From positions 96,001 through 160,000 of the forward strand of contig JBPCLP010000045.1 in assembly GCA_051003195.1 (NCBI GenBank): DNA of 64,000 bases, read 5' to 3'. The position numbers were made by a program, and so were the translations under genes. Under the pieces are notes generated by a model. The model saw nothing but the letters and a program-made list of their open reading frames with translations. It did no database searches and was not told the DNA's origin. The DNA is from Candidatus Sumerlaeaceae bacterium (GTDB taxonomy: Bacteria > Sumerlaeota > Sumerlaeia > Sumerlaeales > Sumerlaeaceae). Shown here piece after piece: positions 47,040 to 56,576 of the stretch; position 1 is the first letter of the stretch, and each line of letters begins with the position of its first letter.

Positions 47040-47357
47040 CTAGAGGACTTTATCGATCGCCTGTTTCAATGTCGCTTTTGGCACCGCTCCGGTAATGCGC
47101 TCCTTCAGCTCGCCGCCCTTAAAAAGCATCAAAGTCGGTATTGATGAAATTCCAAAACGCGCCGCCACCTGCTGATTGTCATCCACGTTGATCTTGGCGA
47201 CATTCAGTTTGCCTTCATAGTCCTTTGCGAGTTCATCCACGATGGGGGCAACGATACGGCATGGGCCGCACCATGGGGCCCAGAAGTCGACCAGGTAGGT
47301 GCCGCCGCCCTGAATCACCTGCTGCTCGAATGCCGCGTCGGAAAGCTCTTCAGCCAT
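47040..47357 (-). CDS. trxA: Thioredoxin
   Basis: [16 protein letters not shown]. Confidence 0.97.
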   Translation of the reverse strand: MAEELSDAAFEQQVIQGGGTYLVDFWAPWCGPCRIVAPIVDELAKDYEGKLNVAKINVDDNQQVAARFGISSIPTLMLFKGGELKERITGAVPKATLKQAIDKVL

Positions 47358-47398
47358 TTAAGTTCGTTCCTTTTGTTTCGTTTGTACTTCGGTCAGTC

Positions 47399-47414
47399 AG
47401 CAAGGCAAGTGCCA
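47399..47414 (-). promoter_or_regulatory. Putative sigma-54 promoter of trxA
   Basis: Minus strand TGGCAC-TTGCC-TTGCT, matching TGGCAC-N5-TTGCW. Confidence 0.6.
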
Positions 47415-47423
47415 CGGTCAAGG

Positions 47424-48188
47424 CTAAGCGTCCGCATTGCCCGGCGTTCTCCCGGACTGCAAAGCTGCATTAGCGTCTCGTAACGAAACCCGACCATCGT
47501 ACAGTGCCTTGCCTACGATTACGCCCAGCAGATTGGGCCTATTCAAGCGCTGCAGGGCCAGTATATGATCAATCGTACCAACGCCCCCGGACGCGATCAC
47601 CTTAAGGTCGCTGGAAATCGAGAGCACATCCTCCAGGGCCTCGATGTTTGGTGCGTTAAACATGCCGTCACGGGCGATATCGGTGAAAATGACCGTGTTG
47701 AGGCCTATCTCCTCGTGCAGCTTGCGCAGGTAGGGCACAGCTTCTATCTGGGTATCTTTTGTCCAGCCTCGGGTGGAGAGAAACCCATCTCGCGCATCCG
47801 CACCGACGATGATTTGCGCGGTGAAATTGCGTACCATCCTGGAAAGAAACTCCAGGTCTTCGAGGGCCTTGGTCCCAATGACGACGAAGTTCACGCCCGA
47901 TGTCAGGAGTGTCTCGATGGCTTCGAGATCGCGAACACCACCGCCGACCTCGATCTCCGATTCCACTGCAGTGCGGATGGCACGAATGGCGTCGATGTTC
48001 TTTGGTGTACCGCTGAACGCGCCGTCGAGATCCACAACATGGATTCGCCTCGCGCCGTCCTTTTCGTAACTTCGCGCCACGTCGGCGGGCGCAATGTCGT
48101 ACTTGGTCTTGCGGTTTGCGTCGCCCTGCTGAAGTCGAACGCAGCCGCCGTCCATTAGATCGATGGCTGGGATTATCTGAAACGACAT
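47424..48188 (-). CDS. hisA: ProFAR isomerase HisA
   Basis: IIPAIDLMDG.CVRL.QG, HVVDLDGA, TDIARDGM, ASGGV, GKALY. Confidence 0.96.
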   Translation of the reverse strand: MSFQIIPAIDLMDGGCVRLQQGDANRKTKYDIAPADVARSYEKDGARRIHVVDLDGAFSGTPKNIDAIRAIRTAVESEIEVGGGVRDLEAIETLLTSGVNFVVIGTKALEDLEFLSRMVRNFTAQIIVGADARDGFLSTRGWTKDTQIEAVPYLRKLHEEIGLNTVIFTDIARDGMFNAPNIEALEDVLSISSDLKVIASGGVGTIDHILALQRLNRPNLLGVIVGKALYDGRVSLRDANAALQSGRTPGNADA

Positions 48189-48256
48189 GGGTGTGGATTC
48201 CGATTACACTGAAGTTGATTTGAAGCGGCTGTGTTTTAGTTATACTACATGATACA

Positions 48257-49453
48257 TTATGGCGGAAGTGCCGTACGGGCTGCCTTACTTTCCTGTTCGG
48301 AACGCACAAGAGGATCCCACCAAAGTTCCTTTAATACGGTTTTGGCAATAATGGCGACCGGTACCGCGATCACCATTCCGCCAAGACCGAACTGCGCACC
48401 GATCAGCAGCGCCAGGAGGACGAGCAGCGGATGAAGCTCCGCGTTTTTGCCGACGATGCGTGGCTGCAGAAAGAAGCCGTCGATCGACTGGATCGCGACA
48501 CTCAGTAGAAGTACGAACCCAAGACCCATCATCTTTGTCTCTGCGGTACCGAAGCGGTCGCTGAAGATGACCCACAGTGCGGTCGGAACGCCTCCCACAA
48601 TCGGCCCTACATAAGGTATGAGATTTCCAAAGCCCGCCATGAACCCAATGAGAATGGCGTATTTTTTCATCCCGAGAGCCACGAGCGCAAGCGTGTATAA
48701 GGTGCCTACTCCGAGTCCGACAAGGAGCTGCCCACGAAGGAATCCACCGAGTGCACGGTCGATGCGTGCCCACAGCGCGAAGATGCGGGACTCGCGGTCG
48801 TCCGGCAGCAGCACACGCGCGACGTATTCCATGCGAGAGTAATCCAGCAGAAAGTAAAACGTGATGACGATTACAAACGAGATAAACGCGAGGAGCCCGA
48901 GTGCGAACGAGACGCTTGTGACTACCGCTTTGGTGAGGAACTTACCCGTACCTACGGCGGAAGTGGCGACCTTATCCATTGTGGGCCCGGCACCATCGGA
49001 GAATCCATCGATGTTGAGGTGCTGCTTAAGGAAATCGCGCAGGTGTTCAATCTCTTCTGGCGACATGCGAAGCTTCAGCCATGCGACCGCTTTGTTCGTC
49101 ATGACAGGGAGATTCTGAATCAGGTTCTCCAGTCCGGCGCGAAGCTGAGAATAAAGAATGGGCAGCAGCACGGCAAAAAAGCTGACGGTGATGAGGAGAA
49201 TAATGGCGTACGTAATGGCCACGGCAGCGACGCGGCCAACACGTGCGCGGCGCTGGAGCACGGAAACGATCGGGTTAAAAATATAGGCCACGATGAGTGC
49301 AACGATGAACGGCGAGAGGATGTTGAGCGTGAACTGGATCACCGGACGCGAATAGTGGAGCAGCGCAAACGCGGCTCCGGCAATGAGAAGGTAAACCAGG
49401 AGCAGCAGCGCGCGGCGCAGGTGACGGTCGACTATGCGGGGAGACGTTTCCAT
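48257..49453 (-). CDS. AI-2E (PerM/UPF0118) family transporter
   Basis: PFIVALIVAYIFNP, FLRGQ, NLIPYVGP, LQPRIVG...LHP. Confidence 0.9.
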   Translation of the reverse strand: METSPRIVDRHLRRALLLLVYLLIAGAAFALLHYSRPVIQFTLNILSPFIVALIVAYIFNPIVSVLQRRARVGRVAAVAITYAIILLITVSFFAVLLPILYSQLRAGLENLIQNLPVMTNKAVAWLKLRMSPEEIEHLRDFLKQHLNIDGFSDGAGPTMDKVATSAVGTGKFLTKAVVTSVSFALGLLAFISFVIVITFYFLLDYSRMEYVARVLLPDDRESRIFALWARIDRALGGFLRGQLLVGLGVGTLYTLALVALGMKKYAILIGFMAGFGNLIPYVGPIVGGVPTALWVIFSDRFGTAETKMMGLGFVLLLSVAIQSIDGFFLQPRIVGKNAELHPLLVLLALLIGAQFGLGGMVIAVPVAIIAKTVLKELWWDPLVRSEQESKAARTALPP

Positions 49454-49556
49454 TATGCTGGATCGGGGAGCTTGCAGGGGACTTTGACGCGCGCAACAGG
49501 AATGATTGCGGATTACGGATGACAGGAGATCGTCCGTTCAATGGGAATAAACACCA

Positions 49557-51785
49557 ATGGACGCTAATCCACCGCAGGAAAACAGTATCGGACGTGCCAC
49601 GGCGTCCGTTGCTGCCGTGTCGCTTGCGATGTGGGTAATGGCGTATTACGCGTGGGCGTTAGCGCCCCTTGTGATGGAACCGTCGTCGGCCGCTCAAGGC
49701 CATTCCGGGATTGCGCCGTGGGTATTTATGCAGAACCTGGCGCACCAGCTTAGTGAAGCCGATCTCTTTCAGAATCCTGGGATAGCCGGCAAATTCGGTT
49801 CCTTCATTTTCGCACTTTACTGGGCTCTGGGGGTGTCCGTGCTCGGATTCGGCATCATACGGCGGCTGCGCTTGCCGGAGCTTGATCGGGCAGAGCGGCT
49901 GGCGCTTGGCGCCCTGACAGGCGTATTGCTTGTCAGCACCTTGACAACCGTGATCGGAATGACTGGTGGCCTGCAATCTTACGTGCCGATCGTTGGGATG
50001 GTTGCCATACTCAGCTTTTTGTTTATGACGGAAGTCCTGTTCCTCTATAGGCCAAGGGAAAGGTCACCCGTGCCCGGAGCCCTGGTCACATTACGGATTC
50101 TGGCAACTGTCTTTCTCGTCGCGCTGTTTCTTAACTGCTGCACCCCGCCAGTACAAAGCGATGCAATGCGCTACCACTTGGCGGCGCCACAGGAATGGCG
50201 GAAGCTCGGGCACATTGGTTATCTGCCTCTGAATGCGTTCAGCAATTTCCCGATGCTGGTCGAAGTTCAGGCTCTGCTGGTGGGCATGGCAGGTATGGCA
50301 GCCACGCAGATGGTACACTTCGCGCTGATGCTGGCGACCGGGCTGACGGTGTATGGGCTCGCGTTGCGAATTGGGCGACTGTGCGGGCAAAACGACTCTC
50401 GCATTCCTGCAACCGTGGCTGCGCTTCTGTACATGTTTACGCCATGCGGAGCCGTCGTGGCGACATGGCCAAATATCGATCATGCGACGTCGCTCTGTGT
50501 GCTGCTAAGCACGCTGGCGTTACTGTTGGTGATGGAGCAGCCTCGGTGGGAATGCTACGTTTTGCTGGGAATTACGGCAGGGGCATCGCTGAGTGTGAAG
50601 TACACTTTGCTGGCGCACCTGGGGCTGCTGGGGATTGTGTGGCTCGGCTGGACGCTCTATAAGAAGACACACTCTTCGGAAATACAAGGCGCCTGGCTGC
50701 ACACACTTCGAAAAAATATCGTTGGTGCAGGGCTCGCCGTTTTGGTCGCGGGATTGCTGGCGTCGCCCTGGTACCTGAAGAATGTGGTGTTCACTGGAAA
50801 CCCTGTATATCCGTTTGCGAGCGGGATTTTTAAAGGCGGGGAGTGGACACCGGAGTGTGCCAGGCTCTATGCAACGCAGGCGGCCCGCAAGGGCGAGCCT
50901 AAGACGATCCCGAATCTGCTGGCCTCACCCGTGCGCTCGACTTTCGATTGGCTGAAATACGAGACCCACAATCCCGGCGCAGTAACGGGGATTGCCTGGC
51001 TGACGTGGGTTTTTGCGGCGATAGTTGCGGCTCGCCGACGCAATCTAGCTCTCACCGTAATCCTCTTTCTCGCAGCCGGGTACTGGGTTGTCTGGTTCTA
51101 TTCCTACCAGTCCAACCGAATGCTGCTACCGTTCTATGCCCTGGTGCTGCCGTGTTTGCCGTGCGTTGTTGCGGCGGCAGCTGCGCCTCTTCGCAGAGCG
51201 ATGGTAGGTGTACTTGCCGTCACTGCATTTGTGGGAGGATTCTGGGCGATTCAATGGAGCTACACGCGGAGCGCGCTGTCGCCGCCACCCCTTCCTTACC
51301 TTCTCGGTGGAATGGCCGAAGAAGTGTACATGGCAAAATCGCTGAACTACTGGAAGGCATACGAATACCTTAACGGTCGCGTGAAGCCCGATGAAAAGGT
51401 GCTGCTCATTGGCGAGCACCGAATTTACGGCGCGAAGTTCAAGGCCGTGTGGAGCGACTGGTACGATACGCCGGCGATTGCTGCATGGATACGCGGGCGA
51501 AACATCGTCAGTCTCGACGCGCTGCTCGAATCATTGCGATCAGGCAACGTCAACTATGTGCTGATAAATGAGAGCGAGCTCGCGCTGCAGATGGATCTGT
51601 TCCGACCGCGATTCAGTGCGTCCGAATGGGAGATCGTTTCACAGCTCCGGGCATTGAAAGACGCACGAGTTGAACGGCGCGTGATACAACCTCCGCCCCG
51701 AATACATCCGGCTGCGCCGGAAACGCCGCCGTCGCACGGCGTCACGGTGCTGAAGTTGATTGGCGGCGTAGGATCGCCGCCGTGA
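49557..51785 (+). CDS. Polytopic membrane protein, probable GT-C glycosyltransferase
   Basis: PPVQSDAMRYHL, G..LSVKYT, PWYLKN...GNPVYP. Confidence 0.7.
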   Translation: MDANPPQENSIGRATASVAAVSLAMWVMAYYAWALAPLVMEPSSAAQGHSGIAPWVFMQNLAHQLSEADLFQNPGIAGKFGSFIFALYWALGVSVLGFGIIRRLRLPELDRAERLALGALTGVLLVSTLTTVIGMTGGLQSYVPIVGMVAILSFLFMTEVLFLYRPRERSPVPGALVTLRILATVFLVALFLNCCTPPVQSDAMRYHLAAPQEWRKLGHIGYLPLNAFSNFPMLVEVQALLVGMAGMAATQMVHFALMLATGLTVYGLALRIGRLCGQNDSRIPATVAALLYMFTPCGAVVATWPNIDHATSLCVLLSTLALLLVMEQPRWECYVLLGITAGASLSVKYTLLAHLGLLGIVWLGWTLYKKTHSSEIQGAWLHTLRKNIVGAGLAVLVAGLLASPWYLKNVVFTGNPVYPFASGIFKGGEWTPECARLYATQAARKGEPKTIPNLLASPVRSTFDWLKYETHNPGAVTGIAWLTWVFAAIVAARRRNLALTVILFLAAGYWVVWFYSYQSNRMLLPFYALVLPCLPCVVAAAAAPLRRAMVGVLAVTAFVGGFWAIQWSYTRSALSPPPLPYLLGGMAEEVYMAKSLNYWKAYEYLNGRVKPDEKVLLIGEHRIYGAKFKAVWSDWYDTPAIAAWIRGRNIVSLDALLESLRSGNVNYVLINESELALQMDLFRPRFSASEWEIVSQLRALKDARVERRVIQPPPRIHPAAPETPPSHGVTVLKLIGGVGSPP

Positions 51786-53164
51786 ACGAGCCGCTGGATA
51801 AAGTCGAAAATCCGAATCGGCGCGGGTCATCCGCGCCGCTGCGCAGCAGCATGCATCCAGCGATGCTCCTGGTATGTCTTGCTGCGTATTTCTGGTTTGC
51901 GGTGTGGCTCCCCTGGCATGGGCTGCACAGTAACGATTTTAAGCACCTGTACCTTGGCATGAAAGCACTGCTGGATGGGGATGAGCCCTATTCGCCGCTC
52001 AGCTTGTTTCACCATGCGGCGCTTAATGAAATGATGCATCCGAAGCTGAGTCTCAACCCCTACGTATACCTCCCGTTTACAGGACTGGCCATGAGTTTCC
52101 TGGCACCGTTCTCCTTCAGTCAGGCGGCTGCCATCTGGTTTCTATTGAATCATCTGTTCGCGCTTGTGGCGTGCTGGCTGATCGCGCGGGAGCTCTATCC
52201 CGACACCAGGTTGCGCGCATTTGGAATTCTGCTTTTCGCGCTGGCGATGAGTTCGCCGATGGCACGCACGTTGACGGCCGGCCAGCTAAATCTAACAATG
52301 CTGTTTTGCGCGACGGCGGCATTTTGCCTGCTGCTGCGAGGTCGCGACAAAACTGCCGGAGCGGTGCTCGGGTTCGCGGCCTGCTTTAAGCTGGCGCCGG
52401 CATTGTTCCTGCTGTATTTTGCGATTCGACGCAGGTGGAGCGCGCTCGGCGTGATGTCGGGAACCATTGCTGTATGCCTGGCCATTTCGCTGGGGGCAGT
52501 TGGCTGGAAAGTTCACGCCGCATTCCTGCCGGTTCTTCAGCAGATGCGCTATGGGCATTCAAGCTGGGAGCACATCTGGCAATTTCACATGACGCCTCCC
52601 ACTTTTTGGAAGGACCCGACCAACCAGAGCTTCAACTCCCTTTTCACGCACGTGTTTGTTGGGGACAATGCAATTACGCCCTGGCTGCAAGGCACTCAGG
52701 GCGTTGCAAACGTGGCCACATGGGGCGTCAGCCTGCTGCTGTTAGCCGCCTATCTGTGGTGCATGTGGAGTCGAGATGCCGAGCCAGTGAAAGAGCTTCA
52801 ATTTGAACCTCGAATCAGCGGCATTTCGGACCGGGACCAGGCGCTGTTTCACACGACATTGCTGCTCATGCTGCTGCTGCCCTCGCTCATGTGGGACCAT
52901 TACCTTGTGCTGGCGCTGCTGCCGGTATCGTGGCTGGTGCAATTCTGCCACAAGCGCCGCTATTGGAAAACAACGAGACTCGTTGTCGCCTGCTATATGA
53001 TCATCTGTGTCCCGTGGCAGTTTGATGCGGAAATCTACCGGCAGGGTGCTGGGCTGCTGCTCATGTCGGCCAAATTATGGCCGACGGTGGTGTTGTTCGG
53101 GGTCTGCTGCTGGGTAGCCCTTAAGGCCAAAGGTGAACCTGCTATTCCGGTGCAAACCGGCTGA
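51782..53164 (+). CDS. GT87/DUF2029-like glycosyltransferase
   Basis: NDF..LY, YVYLP, GQLN, KLAP, NQS, WDHY; GTGA overlap with upstream gene. Confidence 0.82.
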   Translation: MNEPLDKVENPNRRGSSAPLRSSMHPAMLLVCLAAYFWFAVWLPWHGLHSNDFKHLYLGMKALLDGDEPYSPLSLFHHAALNEMMHPKLSLNPYVYLPFTGLAMSFLAPFSFSQAAAIWFLLNHLFALVACWLIARELYPDTRLRAFGILLFALAMSSPMARTLTAGQLNLTMLFCATAAFCLLLRGRDKTAGAVLGFAACFKLAPALFLLYFAIRRRWSALGVMSGTIAVCLAISLGAVGWKVHAAFLPVLQQMRYGHSSWEHIWQFHMTPPTFWKDPTNQSFNSLFTHVFVGDNAITPWLQGTQGVANVATWGVSLLLLAAYLWCMWSRDAEPVKELQFEPRISGISDRDQALFHTTLLLMLLLPSLMWDHYLVLALLPVSWLVQFCHKRRYWKTTRLVVACYMIICVPWQFDAEIYRQGAGLLLMSAKLWPTVVLFGVCCWVALKAKGEPAIPVQTG

Positions 53165-53264
53165 GAAGTTGCTAAGAATCCCGGGGCGGCTTGAAAATCT
53201 TTCGCATGGAAAGGACTTGCAGCACCCGGGCGAGAGGCCCGAAAGAAAACGCATGCACGACAGT

Positions 53265-53485
53265 ACCACAAGTGTGCCGAACCCGAAATTCGTATCCACG
53301 TATCGATGTGATTGTGCGCTCGTTCGGCACACAGAACCTGCCAACGAACTAATGGTAAACCACACCAGTGTGCCGAACCAGAAGTTCGTATCCGCGTATC
53401 GATGTGATTCTGCGCTCGTTCGGCACACAGAACCTGCCAACGAACTAGTGGCAAACCACACTAGTGTGCCGTCCCAGAAGTTCGT
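53265..53485 (-). repeat. Tandem array of family A elements (two full 96 bp units plus partial third), reverse orientation
   Basis: GTGTGCCG recurs at 53272, 53368, 53464; each unit has GTGTGCCGAAC...GTTCGGCACAC followed by AGAACCTGCCAACGAACTA..CCACAC. Confidence 0.9.
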
Positions 53486-53539
53486 CGCTATACTTCAGCA
53501 AGCTTTCGAGCTCGGACGTTGCGGCGACGGGAGCTGTCC

Positions 53540-54790
53540 ATGCGCAATGTGATTGCGCTGGTGCTTGCGGGCGGACGCATGGGGGAATACGGCGTACTGA
53601 CGCACAACCGCGCCAAGGGCGCGCTCACATTCGCAGGATCCTACCGCATTATAGATTTTGCGCTCTCCAACCTGGTTAACGCAGGGATCGAGCAGATTGG
53701 AATCATCATTCAGTATCTGCCGGCATCGCTGATCGAGCACGTAGGCGTCGGGCAGCCATGGGACCTGCATGGTTATGGCCGCGCTTTAAAAATAATGCCG
53801 CCATTCGTAGGCGTGGAAAAGACAGCGTGGTATAAAGGCACCGCAGACGCCTTATACCAGAACCTTAATTTTGTTCGGGATGTAAAGCCCAGCCATGTGG
53901 TGGTGTTGAGCGGCGAGCACGTGTACCACCTGGATTACAAAGCGGTCCTCCGCGCGCATTGTGAGCGGAATGCCGATGTAACAATGGTGACCCGCGAACT
54001 GCCGAAAGAGAAGCTCAGTCGGCGATTTGGTTATGTGGTTTCCGATGAAAACGGGCGCATCTCGGAATTTTATGAAAAGCCCGCCAGCCCTCCAAGCAAC
54101 GTTGTCTCCGCCGGCATTTTTGTCTTCCGGACCGAAGTGCTGCTCGCCGAACTGGAAGCGAATGCCCGGATGCCGGACCATAACCTTGCCAAGGACGTCC
54201 TCCAACGTCGCGCCGGCGAACTTGAATGCTTCGAGTACCGCACCCACGACTACTGGGAATACCTGGAAAACGTCACCGATTATTACGAAGCTCAGTTCAG
54301 GCTGATGGCGGAGGGAAGCCATGAGTTGTTGCGGCGCTGGAACGTTCTGACGAACCTGGAATTCCGAGGTGTCGGCTTTGCTCCGGCAGCCTCATTTGGC
54401 TCGGATGCGCATGTGTTCAATGTGTTGGCAGGGGCAAACTGCCATATCGAAGGCACGGTAAGCGACTCGATCCTTTCGCCCGGTGTGAGAGTCGGCAGGG
54501 GCGCCGTGGTTCGAAAGAGCATCTTATTTCACGACTGTCACATTGGTGAGGGCGCTACGCTGGACGGTGTGGTCTCCGATCGCGATGTAATCTTTGAAGC
54601 AGGCTGCAAAATCGGGACTCGCCCCTCGCGCGATGGAGATACAGTAACGGATCTGAGCACGGGAACGCCTGTGCTGACGCTCATTGGCAAAGCCGTGCAA
54701 ATCGGGCCCGGCGTAATTATTCCCAAAGGTGTGCAGTTACGCGCCGGGAGAGTGCTCCCCGACCAGGCCGCGGCAAACGCCGAAATCTAG
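53540..54790 (+). CDS. Glucose-1-phosphate adenylyltransferase family protein, degenerate (GlgD-like)
   Basis: YRIIDFALSN, WYKGTADALYQN, FYEKP, beta-helix tail; GGxGxRL replaced by GGRMGEY, SGDH by SGEH. Confidence 0.8.
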   Translation: MRNVIALVLAGGRMGEYGVLTHNRAKGALTFAGSYRIIDFALSNLVNAGIEQIGIIIQYLPASLIEHVGVGQPWDLHGYGRALKIMPPFVGVEKTAWYKGTADALYQNLNFVRDVKPSHVVVLSGEHVYHLDYKAVLRAHCERNADVTMVTRELPKEKLSRRFGYVVSDENGRISEFYEKPASPPSNVVSAGIFVFRTEVLLAELEANARMPDHNLAKDVLQRRAGELECFEYRTHDYWEYLENVTDYYEAQFRLMAEGSHELLRRWNVLTNLEFRGVGFAPAASFGSDAHVFNVLAGANCHIEGTVSDSILSPGVRVGRGAVVRKSILFHDCHIGEGATLDGVVSDRDVIFEAGCKIGTRPSRDGDTVTDLSTGTPVLTLIGKAVQIGPGVIIPKGVQLRAGRVLPDQAAANAEI

Positions 54791-54796
54791 CACAAT

Positions 54797-55050
54797 CCCG
54801 AACTGGGGCCGAAGCAGCAGCTAGTGGATTTCGCTCTTCGGCCTTCGCTCCTCGCTCTTCTCTTCACCCTTCAGTTTAAAAATACATCCCAAACTGGCGT
54901 CGGAGTAGCATCTATCCGATTTCGCTCTTCGGCCTTCGCTCCTCGCTCTTCTCTTCATCCTTAAGTCTTAAAAATAGAATTCCCAACTGGGGCCGGAGCA
55001 GCAGCTATCCGATTTCGCTCTTCGGCCTTCGCTCCTCGCTCTTCTCTTCA
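54797..55050. repeat. Three tandem ~91-93 bp units with identical 40 bp pyrimidine-rich core (family B)
   Basis: GATTTCGCTCTTCGGCCTTCGCTCCTCGCTCTTCTCTTCA at 54827, 54918, 55011; intervening segments homologous to each other. Confidence 0.92.
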
Positions 55051-55148
55051 AAGTGTGGTCTACCGTTAGTTCGTAATCGGTTCTGTATGCCGAATCGAGG
55101 TCAAGTCTGCCCTTTGGTCTGGCAAGGAACCACGATTCGGCACACCAG
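55051..55148 (+). repeat. Family A element
   Basis: AAG-TGTGGTCTACCGTTAGTTCGTAATCGGTTCTGTATGCCGAATCG...CGATTCGGCACA-CCAG. Confidence 0.88.
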
Positions 55149-55257
55149 GATCGAGCCTTTGCCGCGCTTGTAAGCGCGGGTATGTCTCCATTGTCGTTTT
55201 TTCTTTCGCCTGTTCTTTCGGCTCTTTCTATTGTCCCTTTTCTGCACTGGAGGAATA

Positions 55258-56562
55258 ATGCGGCCGGTTGATTTGATCATCAAGAAGCGCGAGGGTTATC
55301 CGCTCACTGCTGACGAATTCGAGATGTTTATCAGCGCTTTTGTTCGCGAGGAAGTTGCAGATTACCAGGCCGCTGCTTTCCTGATGGCTGCATTTACCCG
55401 CGGACTCGATTTCGAAGAGACCGCCGGGCTTACCCGCGCAATGATGAATTCTGGCGAGACTTATGACCTTACCGGACTTGGATTAAGCCGCTCGGTCGAC
55501 AAGCACAGCACGGGCGGAGTAGGTGATAAGATCAGTTTAATACTGGCCCCGCTGATAGGGGCGTGTGGTGTGCCCGTGCCGATGGTAAGTGGCCGCGGGC
55601 TCGGGCACACCGGGGGAACGCTCGATAAACTCGAATCCATACCGGGATTTAATGTGAGCCTGTCTCGCGAACAGTTTTTTGCACAGCTCAAAAAGATCGG
55701 CGTCGCCATGATCGGTCAGAGCGATAAGTTTGTCCCGGCCGACAAAAAGCTATACGCGTTGCGTGATGTGACAGGCACGGTGGAATCGGTGCCGCTGATC
55801 TGCGCAAGCATCATGAGCAAAAAGGTGGCGTCAGGCGCACAGGCGCTGGTCATGGACGTGAAGTGCGGCAGTGGGGCGTTCATGCCGACTCTCGAGCGCG
55901 CGCGCGAATTGGCGCATGGCTTGACCGGTGTTGGGCAGGCGCTTGGCCGGCCCGTCCGCGCACTCATCACTGACATGAACCAGCCGTTGGGGAAGATGAT
56001 CGGGAATTCGCTGGAGGTGATTGAAAGCATCGACTGCATGAAAGGCGGCGGCCCTGCGGATGTTCGCGAGCTGACACTGGAACTAGCTGCAGAAATGCTG
56101 ATCCTGGGCGATAAAGCATTGACCCACCAGGAGGCACGCACCGTAGCGGAAGGTGCGCTGGACTCCGGCGAAGCATGGCAGAAGTTCCGCGAGATGGTGC
56201 AAATGCAAGGTGGAGATGTCTCGTTTATCGATGACCCGGCCAAGCTGGACGTGAGCACTGAACGATTTGACTTTGCAGCCGACACTGATGGTTACCTGAC
56301 TGCGGTCGATTGCCGAGGAATCGGGAACGCGGCAGTCGTTTTGGGAGCGGGTCGCGAAAAAACAACCGATGATGTGGATTATGGTGTCGGCTTTGAGATG
56401 CACGTCCGGATTGGAGACGAGGTGAAGGTAAGGACGCCGCTGATCACGATTTATCATCGTGGAGGTCCGGCGCTTGAGGACTGTAAGGCCCGACTCCGCG
56501 CGGCATTTACAATAGGCCCCACCAAAGCCGAGCCGCGTCCTTTGGTACTCGAGAGAGTTTAA
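55258..56562 (+). CDS. pdp: Pyrimidine-nucleoside/thymidine phosphorylase
   Basis: DKHSTGGVGDK, SGRGLGHTGGTLDKLESIPG, SIMSKK; GGAGGA RBS. Confidence 0.93.
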   Translation: MRPVDLIIKKREGYPLTADEFEMFISAFVREEVADYQAAAFLMAAFTRGLDFEETAGLTRAMMNSGETYDLTGLGLSRSVDKHSTGGVGDKISLILAPLIGACGVPVPMVSGRGLGHTGGTLDKLESIPGFNVSLSREQFFAQLKKIGVAMIGQSDKFVPADKKLYALRDVTGTVESVPLICASIMSKKVASGAQALVMDVKCGSGAFMPTLERARELAHGLTGVGQALGRPVRALITDMNQPLGKMIGNSLEVIESIDCMKGGGPADVRELTLELAAEMLILGDKALTHQEARTVAEGALDSGEAWQKFREMVQMQGGDVSFIDDPAKLDVSTERFDFAADTDGYLTAVDCRGIGNAAVVLGAGREKTTDDVDYGVGFEMHVRIGDEVKVRTPLITIYHRGGPALEDCKARLRAAFTIGPTKAEPRPLVLERV

Positions 56563-56576
56563 CAGGTTTAACAGGT

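Noticed and set aside
53265..53485. CRISPR array or repeat-protein ORFs (53035-53454, 53075-53461, 53133-53552)
   Set aside because: Whole 96 bp units repeat with no unique spacers; the ORFs stay open because 96 is a multiple of 3 and they overlap real genes
54797..55050. CRISPR array (40 bp identical repeats, 51-53 bp gaps)
   Set aside because: The gaps are homologous to each other, the repeat is non-palindromic low-complexity sequence, and no cas genes are present
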